Translations under genes and position numbers: made by a program
Shown here: positions 11,052-22,863 of the stretch, in pieces
Numbering within the stretch: the stretch's first letter is position 1
Layout of the letters: each line of letters starts with the position of its first letter
Assembly (NCBI GenBank): GCA_004431415.1
Contig: QPMI01000482.1
Span: 62,001 to 126,000 of the forward strand
Length of the DNA stretch: 64,000 nt
Reading direction: 5' to 3'
Source of the DNA: Cyanophora paradoxa CCMP329
Lineage: Eukaryota; Plantae; Glaucophyta
The notes under the pieces: model-generated
What the model saw: the letters and a program-made list of their open reading frames with translations, nothing else
The model's database searches: none
What the model was told of the DNA's origin: nothing

Positions 11052-14000
11052 TCAGGAGGGCGGCTGCGCGCGGCGGAGGCCGTCGAGCTCGGCGCGGGCG
11101 GCCTTGGCGGCGCGCGCCTGCTCGGCGTCGGCCCGCGCCTCCAGCGCCTCCCCCTCCTCCTTCGCCGCCCGCTGCCCCTGCCGCAGGGAGGACAGCCGGT
11201 CCTCCTCCCCCGCGAGCTGCCCCGGCGCCCGAGGTGAGAGGGCCGCGCAACGTCGAGGGGGCGGGGGCGGGGGCGGGGCGCGCCTGGGCGAGATAGCGCC
11301 CTGCAGGCCCTTGTCCGCCACGTCCGCCACCGCCTGCGCGCGCCCGCGCGGGCGATCAGCTGCAGGAGCCGGCGAGGGCCCAAGGGGGGCGCCGGCCTTG
11401 AGGTTCTCCCGCAGGCGGCGCTGGTTCTCGACGACCTCCGCCGCCTCCGCCGCCGCCGCCGCCGCCCGCCGCTCCGCTGCCGCCTTCGATCCCGAGCCGC
11501 GGGAGACGGCCTCAGAGGCGCGCGAGCAGCACGGCGCGGGGCGGCGCGGCGCGGCGCATGCCGGGTGGCCCTTCGCTTCGAGGGCCCGCGGGCGAGCGCG
11601 AGGGGGGCGGACCTTGGCCTCTCGGAGGGAGACGGCGGCCTCGGCGGCCGCCAGCAGCGGGGCCGGGAAGAGCCCCGCCGCGCGCCAGCCCTCCAGCGCC
11701 CCCCGCCCGTACCCGCCCTGCCCCCGTCCCCAGGCGGCCGTCAGCGAGGAGGGGGCTCGAGGGTGGAGCCGGCGGGCGGGGCCGGGGCCGGGGCGGGTGC
11801 CTTGGCGATGGCGTCGAGGGCGGCCCTCCGCTGCGTCCGCTGCAGCGCCCCCGCGCGACGGCGTGCGCCTGCCGGGGCGACGCGGGGCCGCCTCAGAGCG
11901 AGCCGCGGGCCGGAGACGCGCTCGAGCCGCGGGGCGCCTGGTCCGCGAGGAGGCCGGCCTCGCGCCACGAGGCCACCGCCTTCTCCGTCAGCGCCACCGT
12001 CGTCTCGTCGTACCCCCGCTCCAGCACCTGGGGGGGGGGGGGCGGCGGGGACGGGGGGGTCAGGGCGGGGAGCGCTGCAGAGACGAGACGAGAACTCCCT
12101 CCGAGCCGATCACCTCGAATCGGAGCGTCTCGCGGGGGCCCAGGCGGAGGAAGAAGCGGTTGTACCCCTGCAGGGCGGTCGAGGGGGTCGCAGGAGCTGG
12201 GGGGACGAGAGGGGATACCGCGACGCGCTCCCAGTTGCCCTCGGCGGTCTGCAGCTCGCAGCCCGTGCGAACGAAGTGCTCCACGCACCTTTGATTTGCG
12301 GGAGGCGTCAGAGGGGCGAGGTGGGGCGGGGCGGGGCGGGGGGAGGGGAGGGGCGGACAGGGTCTCGATGGCGCGCTCCGTGAGGTTGCGGAAGGCGTAC
12401 CTGCGCCCCGCGCGACGCGCCCGAGCGAGGTCGCAACCAGGCGGGGCGGGGCGGGGCGGGGCGGGGCGGGGCGGGGGGCACGTCGTCTTGTGCACGCGGG
12501 CCTGCGCACGGGCCGGGGCGGGGCCCGGTCAGCTCACCCATCGACGGGTGCGGCCTCTGGCCAGAAGATAGGCCGGGGCGGGGCGGGGCGGGGCGGGGCG
12601 GGGCGGGCCTGGCGGATGCGGGCGAGGAGCTCGTCGGCGAAGGCGGCGGCAAGGACGGGCTCCCCGTCGCCCCGCGCCCCCGGCCCCAGCGCCGACTCCA
12701 CCGTCACCTCCTGCCCGCCCCCGCCCCCTCAGCTTCCCCTGCAAGGTGCAAGACCGTTGCATTTGCCGGGGAGGCGCGGGGCGGGACGGGACGGGGCGCG
12801 CCCTGTGCTTGTCGAGATCGGACGACTCGCTCTTGGCCACCGTCACCCCCGTCTGCGCAAAAGGGTCCGTGTCAGAGGCTGGGAGCGGGGAGGGGGAGGG
12901 GAGGGGGCGCCTCGACGGCGTACGTGATCGTCGCCTCGTCGCCTGCGCGCGCGGGCCGGGGCTGGCGCCGTCACGGCGGGGCGGGCTGGGCGGGGCGGGG
13001 ATGAAGTGGAGGAGCTCAAGGTTCACCCGGGTCGCCCTTAGCGCGCCCTTAGAGGGGAGCACCGGGGCGGCTGATGCGTGAAGCCGGGGGTGCGGGGAGG
13101 GAAGGCGGCACCGGGCTTGAGGGAGTAGAGGACGGCCTCGCCGACGAAGGCCCCCTCCTCGAGCACCACCAGCGGCCCGCCCTCCAGCGGCACCCCTGCC
13201 CCCGCCCCTCAGCCGGGGGGGAGGATGAGGGGAAGGGAGGGGAGGAGGCGCGCACCGGCGTTGTTGCGGAAGAGGAGGGCGGTCACTGAGGGCGGGGGCG
13301 CGTCGGGGGCGGGCGGAGAGGGGCGCGGCGGCGGCCGGCGGCGGGCGCACTCGGGCTCGACCGGCGCACGCTGCGCGGGGGAGGGCAAGAGGGGGCGACG
13401 GCGGTGAGGCGCGCAACGCGGGGCGGGAGAGGGGAGCGAGCCCCCGCCCCGCCCGAGTCTCCGGGGCCGGAGGGGAGGCGGCGGGCGACGGGCGACGGGC
13501 GGCGGCCTCACCTGGGGTTGTACACGGTGGCCCGGCGGCACTCCAGCGCGCTGCCGGCTCGCCTCAGCGCGCGGCGACCGCAGAAGAAGGCACGGGGCCG
13601 GGAGCGGATGAGGAGAAGGGGCGCGCCTCGAGAGGAAGGGGACGAGGCAGGAGTGGCCCCGCCTGACCGTCACCGGCTCCTGCGCCCCGGGGCGCCCCGT
13701 CAGCGGCCGGCCGCCGGCTCGTAGGAAAAGGGGGCGGGGCGGGGCTGCCTTGACGTGGAACGTGTAGAAGTCGCTGAAGTCGTCCCCCCGCACCTGCCCC
13801 CGCGCCCCGCCCCGTGACCTCTCTTCCGGTGAGGAGAGAAGGGGGTACGGTGCCACCTCGACGTCGCCGCCGGGGCTGCGCTCGGGGGCCTCGGGCCCCG
13901 CGGGCCGGCCGGGGAGGGGGAGGAGGAGGTGCAGGGTGGACTCGTGCGGGGGTTCGCTCGGCGCGCTCGCCGCCCCGGACGGCGTTGGAGGCGGCGCGCG

Positions 14001-15993
14001 CCCTCTGGATGCTGAGGTCCGCGAGCCCCCGCCCCTTCTCCACCTGCTTCCCCGCGATGATCAGCCCCTGCTGCCCCACCGCGATGCCTGCCCCTGCCCC
14101 GTGAACCGACGGAAAGAGGGGGGGGGGGAGGAGAAGCGCGCCCTCCTTGTCCATGATGAGCTCCTTGACCTTCTCGACGGTGGAGCCGGTGCGAGGCTGC
14201 GCGGGGCCGCTCTCGAGCTCAGAGAGAAGAAGAGGGACCGCCGGATTCGAGCCCGGCGCGCCTCCACCGTCACAGTCTTCCCCGTGAGAGTCTTGACGAA
14301 GAGCTGAGGGGGGGGAGAATTGCCTCGGAGGGAGCAGGGGTGGAGGGTACGCAGCTCGCACCTGGATCACCTCCCCCCCGGAGGAGGAGGAGGAGGCTGC
14401 GGGCGCCTTGGCCCCCGTACCCAGCAGGTCCGTGTCCATCTGCGCGGGGAGTACAGGCTCAGAGCTGAGGTGAGTTGGAGTACGGGTTCGCATCCGGGGT
14501 ACCCTGTTCATCTCGCCGGAGACGAGCGAGAGCTGCACGTCCTCCCAATCGTCCTCCGTCTATTTGAAGAGTTCGGTGGTTCGGGTCGGCAGGAGGACGA
14601 GGGCGAGGGGGGGTACCTGGTTCTTAACGACGGCGAGCGCCTGGAGCACGGCCCCCGTCGCCGGCGGCCCCTGCAGAGGGGGGGGGGGGGGGGGGGGGGG
14701 TAGAGAAGGTAAGCGGGGGCACGAGCGGCGGACGAAGAGCCGAACCCCCTGGGAGGACTCGGAGCCGGAGGGCGAGGGGGGTACGGTGGAGAGCAGGAGG
14801 CGGTACGAGACGCGCCAGTCGGAGGCGCGCGCCGCGTAGCTCGCGACCACGCTCCGCGGGCCTGGGCGCGGGATCGAGTCCCGGAAGCGGAATCCTAGGA
14901 GCGCGAAGGTCAGGAAATGGCGTACCCTCCCCGACGCAGGCGGCGGAGACGGTGCGGTAGCGCGTGGTGGCAAGGGACGACGACGTGCACCCGAGCAGCG
15001 CCTCCAGGTGGTCCCGTACCCCCCTCCGCAGCTGCCCGGGGGGTGAGGCGGGGCACAGCGGGCGAGGGGGGCGCGGCGGACGTTCTCGTCGAGGACGGAG
15101 AGGGAGGCGATGGAGCGGAGGGGTACGGGCACGACGCGGCCGTCCTCGGACAGCAGCGAGAGCTGCCGGCCGGCGGGGTCGGGGCGGCGGCGCCCGGTGT
15201 CGGGTCGCGGTGTCGGGTCGCGGTGGCGGTGGCGGCGGGGCGCGCACCATCTCGCGCGCCTCGCCCTCGCCGGAGGTGTAGGCGGACAGGACGGCGCCCT
15301 CCACGGGGGCGGCCCCCGGCGGCCCCGCCTCGACCCTGCAGAGCGTCGGCGCGGCCTCCGCGCGGCGGGGCGGGCGCAGGGGGGGCGGGCGGGCGCGGGG
15401 GGCGGGCGGACCGGACGCGGGCGCCCTTGAGGTCGTTGAGGAGGTCGGAGAGGGAGCCGGTGGCGAGGCGGGACCTCGCGCCCCCGTCCTTGGCCCCCGC
15501 CCCGCCCTCCACCGTCTCGTAGCTGCGCCCCCGCGCCCCGCTCGCCGTCCAGCGGGGGGGCGCGCGCACGCGCAACTCGACGTCCCCGCGCGCCTCACGC
15601 TGGTGACGGTGCCACGGCCGCTGACATCGAGCACCGTCAGGCTCTTGACCACGTCGTACAGCTCTGCGCCAGAGGGCGTGAACGCCCGCGTTCGCCGGCG
15701 CAGGGGCGGGCGCGGCGCCGGCGCCGGGGAGCGCTCACCTTCGGCGCCGACGCGCCACGCGAGCGGGGCTGTCCCGATCACGGATCCCGTGCGCTCGAAG
15801 AAGCCCACGTTGCCCTTCGAGTAGAGGCAGACCTGCGCCCGCGGTCCGACCGTCATCACATGAGCGGCTTGAGGCGGAAGTGGGCGCCGCGGCCGTGCGC
15901 TCGTGCCCGCCGGCTCGCCGATGGCGCGCGGCGCGCGCTCAGCTCTAGACGTCGACCTCGGCGCGCCTTTGTGATTGGGAGCGTGCGCGTCAT
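11052..15993 (-). CDS. DUF4139-family protein with internal ubiquitin-like domain (many exons)
   Basis: Spliced peptides MTRTLPITK|VCLYSKGNVGFFERTG, LYDVVKSLTVLD..GTVTSVSYE, WRVSYRL, ALAVVKN..DDWEDVQLSLVSGE, FSDFYTFHVK|EPVTVRRGHSCLVPFL, LEGGPLVVLEEGAFVGEAVL, ENQRRLRENLK and EEDRLSSLR follow the order of DUF4139-type proteins. The Ub-like domain lies at ~14372-13912. Stop TGA at 11052. Confidence 0.8.
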
Positions 15994-16526
15994 TGCTGCT
16001 GGAGACTGCTGGCCGGGCGTACGTGGGCCGATGCTTGATGTAGGTTGCTGCAGCTACGCGTACGTCGGGGATTGCTGTCGATGCTTACGCTTCACCCGAC
16101 TTCGTACGATACGCCACAAGCGGGCGTCCTAGGCCTGTTGAAGGATATCGAAAATTTGGTATTCGAAGAGACTAAGAAAAGCCGGTCGCGCAGCGAGCGG
16201 CTGCAGCTGCCTGTCTTGTCGACGTCCTGTCTGTCTTTTGCGTACCCCCGTTGCCTGTGAATTCCCGCGCGTCCGGGATCCGACGGTCGTCGGCGGTCGC
16301 CTCGCGGCCACCGCAGCTTCGAACGCGGACTCGTCGCGGAGCTGGAGCGCTCAGCTTCGACGTAGTCGCAATATTAATCGGCGGCCGCTGCGCGACGATG
16401 GGCGCGCTGATCTCAGGCATACTGACTGACATATTAATCATAGTACATACACACGCAATGAAAGAGCGCCGAGGAGGGCCCGGGGGGAAATGAGGGGTGG
16501 AGGGGAGCGGGGGCGGCGGGCGGGGG

Positions 16527-19500
16527 CTAGCCGAAGTGGCTGCGGAGGCCGCCGGCGACGACATCGTAGTTGCAGTCGTGCAGCTGCCCCCGCCCCGCCC
16601 CGCCCCGCGTCAGGCCCCGGCCCTCCTGATCAGGCCCCGCCCGCCCCGCGCCCCGCGGCGCTAGCCGAGCAGGGCGCGCACCGAGGTGCCGTCGGCCTGG
16701 AGGGTGGTCGAGCAGTAGACTGAACGCGGCACCATGTACGTCATGTACCTGCCCGGCCCGCCCGGCCCCGTCAGCCCAGGCGAGACCCCTCGCGGCTCTC
16801 TCAGCGGCGCGCGGCGCGGCCGGCGCCGCTCGTGCCGACGCCGGCGCGCGCCTCGGGAAGCTAGGGGGGCGGCGGGGCGGGGGCGCGGGGGGCGGGGCGG
16901 GGGGCGCGGACAGGATGCCGAGGAGGCCCATGGAGGAGGTGCCGTAGATGACGAAGGCGAGGAAGCGCGCCCGCTGCCCCTTGATCTCCCGCCACACCTG
17001 CCGGGCCCCCGCGGGGGGGGCGTCAGCGAGCCCCCGCCGCGGCCCCTGCCCCCTAGGTCTCTGTGCCGGCGCGCTGGGTGTCTCTTCAGCTCTTCCTCTA
17101 GCTCGGGGGGCGGGGCGTGCGGCCGCGCCTCGAAGACGGGGAGCTTAGCGTAGGCGGCGTTGAAGAGGAGGCACCCGAAGTCGAAGACCTGCGCGGCCCG
17201 CGCGCCTCAGGGGCGGGGCCCGGGGCGCGAGGCGCGGGGCGGCGCGGGGCGGGCCCAGGCGACGAGGAGCTGGATGGCGACGTAGTAGACGAGGGTCTCC
17301 GGGCCCTCCATCTGCGGGGCCCCGCGAGGCTCAGCCACGCTCCCCTCGCGGACCCCTCGTCTCGGGGGCGCACGGAGGCGGGGAGGGGGATCATGAACTG
17401 CCCGTGGTGCCGCGAGAAGAGCAGCACGACGCCGGCCGACTGCGCGGGGAGGAGGTGAGGCAGGCGGGGCGGGGCCCCGCTCGAGCCCCTGCAGGCCCCC
17501 AAGCGCCCCCTCCAGCTCGCGGGGGCCCCCCTGGCCCCGCTAAGCCCCCCCCCGCGGGCTTCTGCGGGGAGCTCCCCCGCCCGCGGGCCTGCAGCGCGAG
17601 GCAGGCGGCGCACGACGAGGATCATGGCGTGGTCGATGAGCGTCTCGGAGAGCAGGTGGATCCTGCGCGGCGCACGCGAGTCGGCGAGCTGGCGCGGCGG
17701 GCGGCGCGCTCGGGGCCCGCGCCGGCGGCCTGCGCGCACGCCCGGAGCATGTCCCGGTTCGTGACTTCCGTCTGCGGGGGCGGGGGAGGCGGCGGGGGCG
17801 GCGGGTGAGGGCTGGGGCGCAGGGCAGAGGGGTGGGGCGGGGGCGTGGGGGCGGACCCGCTGGTAGGCCCAGGAGTCGCGGATGCCCTTGGTGCGGCCCG
17901 TGAGGTAGAGCACGGCCCGGTCCTGCCCCCCGCCAGCAGCGCTGAGGCCGGAGGGGGAGCCAAGAGGGGCGGGCGGGCGGGCCTGGAAGCGGAGGGAGGA
18001 GCGGAGGAGGACCTTCACGAGCTGCGCCAGCATCACCAGCAGGATGTACCTGCGGGGTACAGTCATGCGCAGAAGGGGGGGTGGAAATGGGAGGCGGGGG
18101 TGCGCGCCAGCCGGTGCGGTCGACGGAGAAGAGCATGATGCGGCCCATCGTCACGCCGTGCGACAGCGCGTGCACCTGCCGGGCGGTGAGAGGGGAGGGG
18201 GGCGGGGGCGGTGGGGGTGGGGCACCAGCGGGGCGGCCTCGGAGGGCTCCCCCCGCACCATGAAGCTGTACACGTACGAGCGCAGCGGGGCCACCTGGGG
18301 GGGGCGCACCCGCTCGCACGGGTGCGGGGGGACGGCGGGGAGGGGAAGGGAGGGAGGGAGAGGGGGGTACGATGAGGAGGTCGGTGTAGATGGGATGTAA
18401 GGTCACCCGCCAAGCGATCTGCGGGGGCGCGGCGCGCAAGTAAGCGGGCGCAGCGTTCGCGGGAAGGGGCGGGGGAGGGCGGGGGGCGCGCCTTGAGGCC
18501 ATCCGAGACGCGGGCGTACACGGGCATGATGACGAAGCTATACAGCAGGGTGAAGATCTGGGGGAGGCAGGGAGGGCGGGGGCGGGTGACGGGAGGGCGG
18601 GGCGGGGCGGGGGCGGGGCGGGGCGGGGCGGGCGCACGGCAACGGCGACCTCGGCGAGCATGAAGCGGGCGCCCTTCGCCAGCGCCTCCCGCCCCGCAGC
18701 GCCCCGCCTGCCCGCCCGCCCCGTCAGACCCCTCCCGCCCCTCCCCCCGCTCGGCTGCGGGCGGCCTGCCTGCGCTCGGCGAGGAAGGTGCCGCCGAGGG
18801 CGAGCGAGCTGTACACCACGCAGATGTACGCCGCGTCCAGCCAGTAGTACCTGCCCGCCAGGCGCGGTAAGCGAGGCGCTCCGGCCCGCCCCGGGGGGCC
18901 CCCGCTTCGCTGCGCTCTAGAAGGGGGGCGGGAGGGGCACCAGTAGGGGAAGGCGGCGAGGGCGGAGGCGCCCATGAGGACGAGCCCGATGATGAGGACA
19001 CCCAGCAGCCAGGCCCTGCCGGCGGGGGCGGGTGCGGGGGGCGGGTGAGGCGGGCTGGAGGGAGAGGCGGGTGTGCGGGCTCCGGGAGGGGCCCCGGGGG
19101 CACCAGAAGCCGGAGGCGAAGACGGCGTCCCAGGAGCCGTACACGCAGCGGAACTCCACCGCCGAGAAGCCCACCTGCGCCCATCCGTGGGGGGGGGGGG
19201 CGGCGAGGGGTACAGGGGCGCACGAGTCCGAAGGCGATGAGCATGCCGAAGATGCCTGCGCTCGGAGAAGGGGGGGGGGGGGGCGGGGAGGTCAGAGGGC
19301 GCGATGAGATAGAGCGAGCTGCTTTAGATGAGACAGAGAAGGCTGCAGAGGGGACAGTATGGCCAAAAGGGGATGCGGGGAGAGAGGGCACCGTTGAAGG
19401 GGTTCAGCGCCGAGCGCGGGTTAGGTTCCGCAGAGTACTTTATGAAGCTGCAGGCGCGGCCGTTCGTTAGGGAGGGATACAGGGGAAGGGGGGGGGGCAC

Positions 19501-21142
19501 GGGACCTGGCGGGGAGTGCGAAGACGAGAAGGGAGAGGGCGACGATGGCGCATGCTGCGGCGAGCGCGCTCGGGGGTACTGGGCCTTCAGAGGAGACGCG
19601 GGGAGGGGGGTACCGGCGACGGAGATCTCGGCGAGGAGGCGGAGGACGCCGACCCCCGAGGCGGCCGGCGTAAGAGAGCTGTCGCCCTCCACGCGCGCCG
19701 CCCGCTCGTCGACCTGGGGGGGTACCGGCTCGTCGCGGGCTGCGGGGGCGGGGCTCGCTGGGAGGGGGCGGGCACCTCCTCCTCGGCCTCGTCGGACTTG
19801 GCGAGGTACGCGACCCGCGGCTCCAGGTCGAAGCGCACCGAGCTGGGGGGGGGGGGGGGGGGGGGGGATCAGGCGGGGGTGCGCGGTGCAGGGGGCGCGG
19901 CCGCACCGGATGCTTGCGGACCGCGGGACGCGGGCGGTGGGTGCTCGCTGCGCGGGCGTACGCGTCAAGGGCGCACCCGCGGGCGGGGCGCGGGTAATGA
20001 GAAACGGGGCTCGCCTGGTTTGGAGCTCGAGGTCGAGCTCTGCGGCGCCGTGGGAGGAGCGGCGCCGGGCGGCCGCGGCCCCCTCGGCCCGCCCGGCGCG
20101 GCGATGCTGAGCACCTGGGCGCGGGGAGGGCGTCGGGGCGGGGCGGGGAGGGCGGGAGGGAGCAGGGGCGCCTCGGTCCAGATGGCGCGCAGGCTGCGGG
20201 CGCGCTCCCCGCGGCGGCGCCCGCCTCGGGGCGCCCCGCCCGCGGCGCCTCCCGCTCCCCCTCCAGCTCCGCGTCCGTCGGCTCCGCCAAGCCGGAGGGC
20301 CCCGGCCCCGGCCCCGGCCCTGGGGCGGCTGCACGCGGTCCGACACGCCGATGGGCCCGTGGCGGGCGAGGCTCTTCAGCAGGAGCCCCGTGCGCAGGTT
20401 CGCCCGCCGCGCCTCCGACTGGCGCAGGCCCCGCCGCCACCGCCGCCGCCGGAGCTGCGGGAGCTGCCAGAGCTGACCGAGGAGGCGCCGTGCGCCGCCG
20501 CGCCGCGCGCCCGCCCTCGCTGTCCGCCGCGCGGGCGGCCCTCGGGGGCGCTCCGCCGCTGCCGCTGGATCGCGCCGGGCTCGCCGGCCGGGGGGACTCG
20601 TCGGACCCGGTGTGGAGGGCGATGAGGGCGACGCCGTCGCGGTCAGCGGGAGCCGCCGCGGCCGCCGCGGCCCGCTCCCATGACCTGAACGACTCGGCGA
20701 CGCTGTAGGCGTATTCGGAGGAGGTCTCGTCGGGCCCCTCTGAAGAAGGGTCCGCCGAGTTGGTGCGGCTCGCCGACTCGACCGCCGCCTGCACGGCCGC
20801 CGCCACGCCGTCTCCTGCCGCCGCCGCCGCCGCCGCCGGCACCGTGAGTCCCGCCGCGCCCGAGAGCTCGCTATTCAGGTTCAACATGACTGTCGGTGAG
20901 GGGAGGAGGTCCTTCCTCGCCCGCGCCATGATCGCCGAGATTCCGCCGCTGGACCGCGCGCCTGTGCTCGCGCGCCGCTCCGCTAGCGCCGCGTCCCCGT
21001 CCTCGAGCGGATCGAGCGTGGCCGCGTGCGGAGGCTCCGAGCCCGGGGACGGCGTCCTCCGTGAGCGCGAGTGCGCGGAGCCGCCGACCCAGCCGGCTGC
21101 CGCGACGATGCACCGCGGGGAGTCCGAACGCGGCTCCATCAT
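16527..21142 (-). CDS. Uncharacterised multi-pass (~10 TM) membrane protein with long disordered N-terminus
   Basis: A series of short hydrophobic exons bounded by GT/GC..AG, e.g. GIFGMLIAFGLV, LGVLIIGLVLMGASALAAFPYW, YWLDAAYICVVYSSLALGG, IFTLLYSFVIMPVY, YILLVMLAQLVKVLL, FLAFVIYGTSSMGLLGIL. Last exon LHDCNYDVVAGGLRSHFG*. The start is tentative. Confidence 0.7.
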
Positions 21143-21304
21143 CGCACACCTCTCGGGAGCGCGGTCAGATCGCCCCCGCGCGCGCCCTCCCTGCGCGATC
21201 TACGATGCTCCGAGTGTTGTCTATCTGCGCTGAGTCGCTGCAAACGCTGGTCTGACAGCTAGTGACAGGACGAAGAGGGGTACAGCCTCGGCTGGCAGTT
21301 AGTA

Positions 21305-22863
21305 ATGCGCAGCGCGAGCAGCCCGCTGGCGGCGGCGTTCGCCGTCGCCTCGCCCGCAGCGACGCTCCGGGCGCCTTTGGCCGCCGCGCCGGGCTGCTGG
21401 TCGAGCTCCCAGGTCCTCGGCGCCCGTGTCGCCGCCGAGCGGACCCGGCGGCCCCGCCGCCGCGCGTCGTTCGTCGCCGCGGCGCCGGCGCCGACGTTCT
21501 ACGCTTCGGTCGAAGACCAGGCGTCGGCGGCGGCCGGCGAGGAGGAGGAGGGCGGCGTGGTCAACAAGCTCTTCAGCGTCTTCTTCGGCAAGCCGCAGGC
21601 CGCGCCTTCCGGCCTCAAGCGCTTCGACAGGGACCGGTGCGCACCCGCCGGCCGCTCCCTCGCCCGCGCCGCCGCCTCCGGCCCGGCGCGCCGCTCACAT
21701 CGATATCCGTACGCCGCCGCCGCCGCCGCCGCCGCCGCCGCAGCTTCCCCGAGCAGGTGCGCCGCGCGCACGGGGCCCGAGTCTCCCGTCTGAACCGGCC
21801 GCTCGCCAGTTCCCCGCGACTCTCGACGAGTTCGCCGTGCCCGTCGACGGCGACAACGAGCAGGCGCGGCGCCGCACCGGCCGGGCTCGGGCGCCCGCCT
21901 CTGTAATCTGGTCTCCCCCGACAGGTTGCGCTCTTCCGGCCGCTGCTGGCCCGCACGCAGCTCGAGAAGCGCCGCCTGAGGTGCGCGTACGACGCCAACG
22001 TCGACGGCTGGTGCGCCGCGCATCGTACCCCCCCCCCCGCCCTCTTTTTCTTTCTCAAGTGACGTGCGAGAAGGAGCTACGAGGAGTTCCACCGCAACTG
22101 CAACCACCTCGGCGCCGGCGTCGTCCTCGCGCGAACGAAGGGCGGCGCCGTCTGCGGGGGGTACAACCCCAAGGGCTGGGTGGGGTACGGCGAGTCCCGC
22201 GGCTCCATCGCCGCCTTCCTGTTCACGTGGCCTGTGCGTCGTCTACCCCCGCCCGTCCCCGCGCGCCACGTACCCCCCCCCGTGCACCTGACGGGAAATG
22301 GGCGGCAGGACGGGGACACGAGCAAGCCTGCGATCAAGCTCCGCAAGGTGCCGCGATCCCGTACCCCTCGCGCTTCCTGCGCCCATCGTGGGGCAGGTCG
22401 GGGGCGCCAGCATGGCTACCCACGACCTGAGCGATTCCGGCCCGCGGTGCGCTGCCCCCTTATTGCCCTGTACCCCCATTCCTCCGCTCACGCACTCCCC
22501 TCCAGCTTTGGCGCGGGCGACGGCTTTGTCGTGCCCCTCAAGGGCGGAGGCGGCCGCGAGCGCGTCGCCCGCTCCAAGGTCCGGTACCCCGCCCCGCGTC
22601 CGTGCCTCCTCCGCCCGCGAAACGCGTACCCCAGCTGGGCCCGTTCTACGAGGTGCGGCCGGACGGGAAGAAGACGCTCTTCGCGGACGAGGAGGGGAAG
22701 GAGGCGACCCTCGAGGAGCTCCGCGTGTCCGCGGCCCCGTCCCCCGGAACCCTGTACCCCCTCTGCCAGGCTGACCTCCCGGGGTACGCGCAGGTTCGTG
22801 GGGGTGTACGCGGAGGGCGAGTTCATCCCGTTCGACGACGCTCTGCCCCTCGCCCTCGAGTAG
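21305..22863 (+). CDS. Plastid-targeted TLDc-domain protein
   Basis: An Ala/Ser-rich presequence, then FPATLDEFAVPVDGD, CAYDANVDGW..FHRNCNHLGAGVVLARTKGGAVCGGYNPKGWVGYGESRGSIAAFLFTW, KLRK|VGGASMA, RVARSK|LGPFYEVRPDG. This is a TLDc fold of the algal/plant plastid subfamily. Confidence 0.88.

Noticed and set aside
13910-14375. Stand-alone ubiquitin/NEDD8 gene
   Set aside because: It has no own start codon or GG terminus and is in frame with flanking DUF4139 exons.
16129-16564. Separate small gene between DUF4139 and the membrane protein
   Set aside because: There is no recognisable motif, and the region is adequately explained as 3'UTR plus promoter.
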